Positions 57,395 to 64,000 of a stretch of DNA of 64,000 bases are shown piece by piece. Origin of the DNA: an uncultured Rhodocyclaceae bacterium (GTDB taxonomy: Bacteria; Pseudomonadota; Gammaproteobacteria; Burkholderiales; Rhodocyclaceae); NCBI GenBank assembly GCA_964469455.1, contig CAYXZX010000002.1, positions 4,377 through 68,376 on the forward strand, read 5' to 3'. A program made the translations under genes and the position numbers. The notes beneath the pieces are model-generated. The model ran no database searches. It had not been told where the DNA came from and worked only from the letters and a program-made list of their open reading frames with translations. The first letter of the stretch is position 1, and each line of letters begins with the position of its first letter.

Positions 57395-58933
57395 ATGAGT
57401 CGCCTGTTCGAGCCCATGCAGATGGGCAGCCTGTCGCTGGCCAATCGCATCGTCATGGCACCCATGACCCGCAGCCGCGCCGATGCCGGCGCCATGCCCA
57501 ACGACATGATGGTCGAGTATTACCGTCAGCGCGCCAGTGCCGGTCTGATCGTCACGGAAGGCACTGCACCTTCGCCTGATGGCATAGGGTACTGCCGGAC
57601 ACCCGGAATTTATGACGAGTCTCAAGTCGCCGCCTGGCGTCGCGTGACCGATGCCGTGCACGCCGAGGGCGGTCGCATCGTGCTTCAGGTCATGCACTGC
57701 GGACGGATCGGTGCCGTTCAAAACAGGCCGACGGGAGCGCGCGCAGTGGCACCGTCGGCGGTTCGTGCCGCCGGCAAGATTTACACCGACGCAGCCGGCA
57801 TGCAGCAACACGACATGCCGTGCGCACTCGAGACGTCGGAGATTGCCGGCGTCATCAACGAGTATCGTCAGGCCACGGCCAATGCCGTGGCTGCTGGCTT
57901 CGACGGCGTGGAACTCCACTGCACCAGTGGATATCTGCCGATGCAGTTCCTGGCGGGAAACACCAATCTGCGTACCGATGCCTATGGCGGGTCCGCGGAA
58001 AACCGCGTCCGTTTTGTCATCGAAGCGCTTGAAGCCATGGCCGCTGTCATTGGCGCGGATCGATTGGGCATCAGGATCTGTCCCGGCAATCCGTTCAACG
58101 ACGTGGCCGACAGCAATCCGGCCGAAACCTATGGCGCTCTCCTGAAGGGGCTGGCGCACCTTGGGCTGGCCTACCTGCACGTGATTCGGTCGCCGCTCGT
58201 GTATTTCGATGCCTTTGCCTTTGCACGGGCCAACTTCGACGGTGCCATGATCCTCAACGACGGCTTCGACGGCGATTCGGCCCGGCGCGCAGTCATGGCG
58301 GAGGCGCGCAATGCAGTATCGTTCGGGCGCCATTTCATAGGCAATCCCGACCTGGTGGCAAGGCTGCGAGAGAGGCGACCTCTGGCGGAATTCGATTTGA
58401 AGGCGCTGTATACGCCCGGAACCGCCGGCTACTCGGACTATCCGCCGGCTGCGTTGGCAAAGATCGAGAAGCGGCAGGTGCGAGCCGATGACTTGGAAGC
58501 CATGAAGTCATTGGTCAGCGACAAATTCTGCGGCTGGAGCAACGAAGTGCTCGTGGATCAGGATTTGATCAACCGGTTTGCCGACCTTTCCGGGGACGAC
58601 TACTGGATACATACGGACCCCGAGCGAGCTGCCAGGCAAAGTCCCTTCAAGACCACCATTGCGCACGGCGCGCTGGTGCAGATACTGCAGTCGCGCTTTC
58701 AGATGCCCATGGAATTCGAGGTCGTGGGTTTCAACAACATGCTCAATTACGGCTCGGATCGGCTGCGCTTCCCGTCGCCCGTGACTGTCGGCAGCCGAAT
58801 CCACGGCCGCGCGCGGGTCAAGGCCGTGGAAAAGGTCAAGAGCGGTACGCAACTCATTCTGGAAATGAATATTCACGTCGTTGGCAACGATCGTCCGTCG
58901 GTCATCAACGACCTGGTAATCCTGTACATGTAG
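57395..58933 (+). CDS. fusion protein: Old Yellow Enzyme-type NADH:flavin oxidoreductase (about 355 aa N-terminal) plus a C-terminal MaoC-like hotdog dehydratase domain
   Basis: OYE: LANRIVMAPMTRSRA, LIVTEGT, VMHCGR, DGVELHCTSGYL. MaoC: FADLSGDDYWIHTDPERAA...TIAHGAL...GSRIHGRARV. It is one uninterrupted 512-aa ORF. Confidence 0.85.
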   Translation: MSRLFEPMQMGSLSLANRIVMAPMTRSRADAGAMPNDMMVEYYRQRASAGLIVTEGTAPSPDGIGYCRTPGIYDESQVAAWRRVTDAVHAEGGRIVLQVMHCGRIGAVQNRPTGARAVAPSAVRAAGKIYTDAAGMQQHDMPCALETSEIAGVINEYRQATANAVAAGFDGVELHCTSGYLPMQFLAGNTNLRTDAYGGSAENRVRFVIEALEAMAAVIGADRLGIRICPGNPFNDVADSNPAETYGALLKGLAHLGLAYLHVIRSPLVYFDAFAFARANFDGAMILNDGFDGDSARRAVMAEARNAVSFGRHFIGNPDLVARLRERRPLAEFDLKALYTPGTAGYSDYPPAALAKIEKRQVRADDLEAMKSLVSDKFCGWSNEVLVDQDLINRFADLSGDDYWIHTDPERAARQSPFKTTIAHGALVQILQSRFQMPMEFEVVGFNNMLNYGSDRLRFPSPVTVGSRIHGRARVKAVEKVKSGTQLILEMNIHVVGNDRPSVINDLVILYM

Positions 58934-59105
58934 GGCGTCGTGGATTCGTTGGGCAATCAGGCCATTGTTAGTCCCAACGGACGATGAATTCTGGCGGGGC
59001 GGTCGGGGAGAATCATGAGCATACCGATCGCTTTCGTCATGCTGATTGGAATGATTCGCCTAGCCAGTCACCGAGTTGGAGGCTTGGCAGGATCGGCGGT
59101 TGATA

Positions 59106-59993
59106 ATGGGGCTGACCATGGACAAAGAAACAACCGCAGCACGGGCGATTGCCGGGCTGCAGGATGGCATGACGATCGGTATTGGCGGCTGGGGACCGCG
59201 ACGCAAGCCGATGGCATTGGTTCGCGAGTTGCTTCGTTCGAACCTGAAGGATCTGACCATCGTGGCATATGGCGGTGCCGACGTCGGCATGCTGTGCGCC
59301 GCCGGCAAAGTCAGGAGGGTGATATTCGCCTTCGTCTCGCTCGACTTCATTCCGCTCGAGCCGTACTTCCGGAGCGCTCGACAGAATGGCGCCATCGAAG
59401 TCATGGAAATCGACGAGGGCATGTTCCTTCTGGGGCTCAAGGCTGCGGCGATGCGCATTCCCTTCATTCCAACGCGCATTGGACTTGGCACAGATGTGCT
59501 CAAGTACAGTTCGCAGATCAAGGTCATCGATTCGCCATATGATGACAAGGCCTGGGTGGCCATGCCGGCGTTGCCGCTCGATGCGGCCTTGCTGCACGTA
59601 GATCGGGCGGATGCCCGGGGTGTCTGCCAGATATGCGGCCCGGATCACTACATGGATGACTTGTTCGCCCGGGCGGCCGGCAAGGTGTTCGTCAGCTGCG
59701 ACGAACTGGTCGATACGGAGTTCTTCGCCGATCCGGCGCAGGCTCGACAGGTCTATTGGGAGCGTTCCCAGACCACCGGCGTGATTCACCAGCCGGGGGG
59801 GGCGCATCCCAGTTCCTGCGCACCGCTCTACGGCTTTGACGTCAAGCATTTCAAGGAATACGCGGCCAGTTCCAAGGAAGCCGGTGGCTGGACCCAGTAT
59901 TTCGAGCGCTACGTCGCCTGTGGCGAAGAGGAATACCTCAACCGGGTCGGCGGCATGGCGGCGATTCGCCAACTGCCCTTGCCGGTGTTCTAG
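59106..59993 (+). CDS. ipdA: IpdA/ScdL1-like CoA-transferase-fold subunit A (steroid C/D-ring hydrolase-type); alternative starts at 59076 and 59118
   Basis: GMTIGIGGWGPRRKPMALVRELLRS, DLTIVAYGGADVGMLCAAGKV, MEIDEGMFLLGLKAAAMRIPFIP and AMPALPLDAALLHVDRAD closely follow the IpdA (Rv3551) pattern as I recall it. Confidence 0.75.
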   Translation: MGLTMDKETTAARAIAGLQDGMTIGIGGWGPRRKPMALVRELLRSNLKDLTIVAYGGADVGMLCAAGKVRRVIFAFVSLDFIPLEPYFRSARQNGAIEVMEIDEGMFLLGLKAAAMRIPFIPTRIGLGTDVLKYSSQIKVIDSPYDDKAWVAMPALPLDAALLHVDRADARGVCQICGPDHYMDDLFARAAGKVFVSCDELVDTEFFADPAQARQVYWERSQTTGVIHQPGGAHPSSCAPLYGFDVKHFKEYAASSKEAGGWTQYFERYVACGEEEYLNRVGGMAAIRQLPLPVF

Positions 59994-59996
59994 AGA

Positions 59997-60782
59997 TTGA
60001 TCCGGGAGCGTTCCGTGAGCGACTACAAACTGGTTGACCTGATCATCTGCGCGGCTGCCGAGGCATGGCGCAACGACGGGGAGGTTCTGGCGACGGGCAT
60101 TGGTGTGGTGCCGCGACTCGCGGCCTCGCTATGCATGAAGACGATCAATTCCGACCTGATGATGACGGATTCGGAAGCATGGCTGGTGAGCGAACCGGTG
60201 CCGATCGGACCCCGCGGAGCCTACAAGCCTCGCCTGGAAACCTGGATGGGTTTTTCCAGGATATTCGATAACGTGTGGGGCGGGCGGCGTCATGCCATGG
60301 TCGGTCCAACGCAGATCGACCGTTTCGGACAGGCCAATATTTCCTGCATAGGTGCGGATTACCGACGTCCCAAGGCCCAGATGCTTGGCGTGCGGGGCTT
60401 CCCCGGCAACTCGATCAATCACGCCAACTCGTTCTTCGTGCCCAGCCACAACAGCAAGGTCTTCGTTGCCGGCGAGGTCGACATGGTGGCTTCGATAGGC
60501 TACAACCCGGCGCGTATGCCCAAGGGCTACACCTTCGCCGATATCGATATTCGTCGGATCATCACCAACCTCTGCATCCTCGATTTCGGTGGGCCGGATC
60601 GCCAGATCCGCATTCACTCGCTTCATCCGGGCGTTTCGGTGGATGATGTCGTGAGCAATACCGGCTTCCCGCTATGCGTGCCGAATGGAATTCCCGTGAC
60701 GCCCGAGCCGACCCAGGCTCAACTGGCATTGCTCGCCGAACTCGATCCGCATGACTTGCGGTCGACGGCGTTAGGCGCTTGA
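59997..60782 (+). CDS. ipdB: IpdB/ScdL2-like CoA-transferase-fold subunit B; alternative GTG at 60015
   Basis: About 255 aa, immediately after the subunit A gene. GPTQIDRFGQANIS and GFPGNSINHANSFFVP are typical of the beta subunit of this two-subunit family. Confidence 0.7.
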   Translation: MIRERSVSDYKLVDLIICAAAEAWRNDGEVLATGIGVVPRLAASLCMKTINSDLMMTDSEAWLVSEPVPIGPRGAYKPRLETWMGFSRIFDNVWGGRRHAMVGPTQIDRFGQANISCIGADYRRPKAQMLGVRGFPGNSINHANSFFVPSHNSKVFVAGEVDMVASIGYNPARMPKGYTFADIDIRRIITNLCILDFGGPDRQIRIHSLHPGVSVDDVVSNTGFPLCVPNGIPVTPEPTQAQLALLAELDPHDLRSTALGA

Positions 60783-60792
60783 GGGGACCCGC

Positions 60793-61221
60793 GTGGGAGC
60801 CAAGACACAGATCGCCGCCCTGCCTGGCTGGTATTCGCTGGATCGCGAGCCGCATTTGATTGGTTCGCGGTGCGTCGCTTGCGGTACCTATTACTTTCCG
60901 CTTAGAACCACGGCTTGCCGAAATCCGGCCTGCGGCAACGATCAACTTCAAGAGGTTCCGCTGTCGCGAACCGGGAAACTCTGGTCGTTCACCGATGCCT
61001 GTTACCAGCCGCCGGAACCCTTTCCGGCACCAGACCCTTTCGTTCCTTTTGCCATTGCTGCAGTCGAACTCGACGATGAGCGCATGGTCGTGCTGGGCCA
61101 GGTGGTGAGCGGGGTCGATGTCGGGCAGCTTCGCCTGGGCATGTCGATGGAACTGGTGCTCGAGCCATTGTTTGCCGACGACACGACCGAGAGCCTCGTC
61201 TGGAAATGGAGGCCAGCCTGA
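60793..61221 (+). CDS. DUF35 (Zn-ribbon + OB-fold) acyl-CoA-associated protein; GTG start
   Basis: Rubredoxin-like CVACGTYYFP...CRNPAC, followed by an OB-fold segment (GKLWSFT...AIAAVELDD...VVLGQV). Confidence 0.85.
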   Translation: MGAKTQIAALPGWYSLDREPHLIGSRCVACGTYYFPLRTTACRNPACGNDQLQEVPLSRTGKLWSFTDACYQPPEPFPAPDPFVPFAIAAVELDDERMVVLGQVVSGVDVGQLRLGMSMELVLEPLFADDTTESLVWKWRPA

Positions 61222-61225
61222 GATC

Positions 61226-62407
61226 ATGACTAGAGAGATCGCTGTTCTCGGTGTCGGGATGCACCCATGGGGCAAGTGGGGCAGGAACTTTGTCGAGTAC
61301 GGGCTGGTGGCGGCTCGGGCGGCTTTGGCCGATGCCGGAGTCGATTGGCGCAAGATTCAGTTCGTTTCAGGCGCGGCCACCATTCGTTGCGGTTATCCCG
61401 GATACGTGTCGGGTGCCACGTTCGCACAGGCGCTTGGCTGGCAAGGCGCACAGGTGAATACGTCCTATGCAGCGTGCGCTTCGGGCTCGCAAGCCCTCGC
61501 GGCGGCGCGTTCCAAGATTCTCGCGGGCGAATGCGATGTCGCTTTGGTCATTGGTGCCGATACGACGCCTAAGGGCTTTCTTGCTCCGCAAAAGGGAGAG
61601 CGTCCGGATGACCCTGACTGGGTCCGCTTCCGCCTCGGTATCACCAATCCAACGTATTTTGGTATCTACGCTCGTCGGCGCATGGGGCTCTACGGTGACA
61701 CGCAGGAGGATTTTGCGAGAGTCAAGGTCAAGAATGCCGATCACGGTTTTGGCAATCCGAACGCCCGCTACCGCAAGCGGTTCACCATGGAGGACGTGGC
61801 TGCATCGGCGATGGTGGCCAATCCGCTGAGATTGATGGATATCTGCGCAACGTCGGATGGTGCGGCAGCACTGATCGTGTCGAGCCTTGATTTCGCGCGT
61901 CGTCACGGTCGGGGTGACGCCGTCCGCATCGCCGCCATTTCAACCGTTACTCCCACGTTCGCCTCGGAAGTCCTGGAAATGCCCGACTTGGCCACTGACT
62001 CGGCAGTGGCGGCAGATGCCTGTCGTTTCCGCGCGGCGCTGCCCCGCAAGGCTTACGAGGAAGCCGGAATCGGACCCGAGGATGTGAGCGTCGCCGAAGT
62101 CTACGATCTGTCGACGGCGCTGGAACTGGATTGGTACGAAGACTTGCAGTTCTGTCCGCGTGGCGACGCGGCCCGTCTGGTTCGCGAAGGCGTGACGCGT
62201 CTGGGGGGGCGTCTGCCGGTCAATCCATCGGGTGGGTTGGCGTGTTTCGGCGAAGCGGTGCCGGCACAGGCGCTGGCACAGGTATGCGAACTCACGTGGC
62301 AATTGAGGGGCACGGCAGATGGTCGCCAGGTCGACGGCGCCAGGGTCGGCATCACCGCCAATCAGGGGTTGTTCGGACACGGATCTTCCGTGATTGTCAA
62401 GAAATAG
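61226..62407 (+). CDS. thiolase-like protein, SCP-x / lipid-transfer (Ltp) type
   Basis: REIAVLGVGMHPWGKW, the nucleophile context AACASGSQAL, and NPSGGLACFGEAVPAQ...GLFGHGSSVIV. Starts 5 nt after the DUF35 stop. Confidence 0.88.
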   Translation: MTREIAVLGVGMHPWGKWGRNFVEYGLVAARAALADAGVDWRKIQFVSGAATIRCGYPGYVSGATFAQALGWQGAQVNTSYAACASGSQALAAARSKILAGECDVALVIGADTTPKGFLAPQKGERPDDPDWVRFRLGITNPTYFGIYARRRMGLYGDTQEDFARVKVKNADHGFGNPNARYRKRFTMEDVAASAMVANPLRLMDICATSDGAAALIVSSLDFARRHGRGDAVRIAAISTVTPTFASEVLEMPDLATDSAVAADACRFRAALPRKAYEEAGIGPEDVSVAEVYDLSTALELDWYEDLQFCPRGDAARLVREGVTRLGGRLPVNPSGGLACFGEAVPAQALAQVCELTWQLRGTADGRQVDGARVGITANQGLFGHGSSVIVKK

Positions 62408-62423
62408 GGATACGGGAAACACC

Positions 62424-63521
62424 ATGCACGCAGGTGCCTTGCTTCGCACGCCCATGACCGAGGCGCTCGGTTGCCGCTACCCGATCATGCAAACCGCCAT
62501 GGGATGGGTGGCAGATGCCGGACTGGTGATCGCAACGACGCGCGCAGGCGGTTTTGGTTTCCTCGCCGGAGCGACAATCGCACCCGCCGATCTCGAGAAC
62601 CAGATCGTCAAGGTGAGAGATGCGACCGGGGGCAGCAATTTTGGTCTGAACTTTCACATGTTCCAGGAAAACGCCCAGCAGTGTTTCGATCTCGCGATCA
62701 AGCACAAACTGCGGGCGGTCAGCTACGGGCGTGGCCCCGACAAGAAGACGATACAACGCTTCAAGGAAGCTGGAATTCTCTGCATCCCCACCGTGGGTGC
62801 TGCAAAACACGCAGTCAAGGCAGTTCAACTCGGCGCCGACATGATCACGATCCAGGGAGGAGAGGGAGGTGGCCACACCGGCAGCGTTCCGACGTCCATC
62901 CTGTTGCCGCAGGTTCTCGATTCGGTCAAGGTACCCGTGATTGCCGCCGGCGGCATTTCGACCGGCAGAGGACTGGCTTCCGCTCTCGCGGCGGGTGCAG
63001 CCGGCATCGCCATGGGTACGCGGTTCCTGATGACCACCGACGTGCCGACGCCGGCAAGCACCCTTGCCAAGTACGTCGAAGTGGACGACGTATCGAACAT
63101 CCGGGTCACCACCGCAGTCGATGGAATGCGTCATCGGATGATCGACAACCCGTTCATACGCCGCCTAGAGTCGGCAGGCCCCGTGGGGCGTTTGTTGATT
63201 GCCTTGCGTAGCGCCTGGCAATGGAAAGCCCAGACGGGTATGAGCGTCAGTCACATGATCGAAGTTCTCGTCAGGGCGATCAAGGAGGACCCATCGGCTG
63301 TATCTCAGGTGGTGATGTCGGCAAATCAGCCGGTGCTCCTCCAGCATTCGATGGTCCAAGGGCGCCCAGATGAGGGAATTCTCCCGAGTGGCCAGGTTGC
63401 CGCCGCGATCGGAGAGCTGAAGAGCTGCAAGGACGTCATCGAAGGCATCGCGGTGGAGGCCGAGGCCTGCCTGCGCGCTTTATGTGAACGCGCTGAAGGA
63501 GGCAAGGAGACCACATCATGA
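62424..63521 (+). CDS. NMO / 2-nitropropane dioxygenase family FMN oxidoreductase
   Basis: YPIMQTAMGWVADAGL, ITIQGGEGGGHTG and VIAAGGISTGRGLASALAAGAAGIAMGTRF. Confidence 0.88.
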   Translation: MHAGALLRTPMTEALGCRYPIMQTAMGWVADAGLVIATTRAGGFGFLAGATIAPADLENQIVKVRDATGGSNFGLNFHMFQENAQQCFDLAIKHKLRAVSYGRGPDKKTIQRFKEAGILCIPTVGAAKHAVKAVQLGADMITIQGGEGGGHTGSVPTSILLPQVLDSVKVPVIAAGGISTGRGLASALAAGAAGIAMGTRFLMTTDVPTPASTLAKYVEVDDVSNIRVTTAVDGMRHRMIDNPFIRRLESAGPVGRLLIALRSAWQWKAQTGMSVSHMIEVLVRAIKEDPSAVSQVVMSANQPVLLQHSMVQGRPDEGILPSGQVAAAIGELKSCKDVIEGIAVEAEACLRALCERAEGGKETTS

Positions 63522-64000
63522 GCCAACAGTTTCGTTTTTCGACCGATGCCGAAGGCATCGCGGAGATTGTCATCGACAAACCTCCGGTCAATGCGCTGGA
63601 CAGTGAGGGCTGGCTGTCGCTCGCGGCCTGCTTTCGTGCACTGGGAACCGATCCGAAGACCCGGGTGATCGTTATTCGGGCGGACGGGCACGGTTTCTGC
63701 GCCGGTGTGGATATCAAGGAACTCGATGGGCATCCGGAGTTGATTGTCAAGGTCAATGCCGGCAATTACGCAACTTTCGAGGCGGTGCATCGCAATCCGG
63801 TGCCGGTCATCGTGGCCGTGCATGGCTTCGTGCTTGGCGGCGGCATCGGTATCACCGGTGCGGCGGACGTCGTAGTGGCCTCGGAATGCGCCACCTTTGC
63901 TCTGCCTGAAGTCGACCGTGGTGCCATGGGTGGCGCGGCGCATCTTCAGCGTCTCTTCCCGGTGCAGAAAGTACGCCACATGTTTTTCACTGGCGAAAAG
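63518..64000 (+). CDS. enoyl-CoA hydratase family protein, EchA20-like; 3'-truncated by the window end
   Basis: My own translation is MSQQFRFSTDAEGIAEIVIDKPPVNALD...GHGFCAGVDIKE...HGFVLGGGIGITGAADVVVASECATFALPEVDRGAMGGAAHLQRLFP. The ATG overlaps the NMO stop (ATGA). The frame is open to nt 64000. Confidence 0.88.
   Translation, partial: MSQQFRFSTDAEGIAEIVIDKPPVNALDSEGWLSLAACFRALGTDPKTRVIVIRADGHGFCAGVDIKELDGHPELIVKVNAGNYATFEAVHRNPVPVIVAVHGFVLGGGIGITGAADVVVASECATFALPEVDRGAMGGAAHLQRLFPVQKVRHMFFTGEK

Noticed and set aside
55060-58333. Two long minus-strand ORFs (55060-56817, 585 aa; 56741-58333, 530 aa).
   Set aside because: They are antisense to three SDR/NTF2/OYE genes that have clear family motifs and RBSs. 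Their composition (R/G/A/H/D-rich) has no motifs. They are shadow ORFs.
58947-58979. Inverted repeat CGTTGGG-N19-CCCAACG just after the OYE-MaoC stop, as a terminator.
   Set aside because: It has only a 7-bp stem, a 19-nt loop and no T-run. The flanking genes are probably co-transcribed. It could be a protein-binding site but the evidence is insufficient.

Overview
GC-rich segment, about 63-65% GC by eye. It comes from a diderm, probably proteobacterial, host, because it carries an RND/OMF efflux pump and a TonB-dependent receptor. It is almost entirely coding, with about 58 CDS. I saw no rRNA, tRNA, CRISPR, IS or phage elements.

The window is an unusually dense CoA-thioester catabolic island. 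It contains:
- 8 acyl-CoA dehydrogenases, which fall into 4 complementary alpha/beta-type pairs
- 5 family-III CoA-transferases, one of them racemase-like
- 8 SDRs and 3 crotonases
- a heteromeric MaoC hotdog pair
- a FadA5-like thiolase and a DUF35 + SCP-x-type thiolase pair
- 2 acyl-CoA ligases
- 3 luciferase-like (F420-type) oxidoreductases
- 2 NMO-family flavoproteins
- an IpdAB-like two-subunit CoA-transferase-fold enzyme followed by an EchA20-like crotonase
- a three-subunit xanthine-oxidase-family molybdenum hydroxylase
- LuxR and AraC regulators, an MFS transporter, an RND efflux operon and a TonB-dependent receptor

This gene content most resembles steroid (side chain plus C/D-ring/HIP) or related alicyclic catabolism. 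No classical oxygenase is recognisable. Together with the Mo hydroxylase, that makes an oxygen-independent route a reasonable hypothesis.

The most interesting items that known biology does not explain are:
- a conserved 23-nt motif with a palindromic core in four divergent promoter regions
- two DUF2889 proteins sharing a CPEA...CTH motif, one translationally coupled to tandem CoA-transferases
- an NMO / small-ORF / orphan ETF-beta operon
- an OYE-MaoC fusion protein
- the Mo-hydroxylase / LLM / CoA-transferase / MFS operon

All family calls rest on motif recognition by eye in the supplied translations. No database search was run, and start codons are best guesses.
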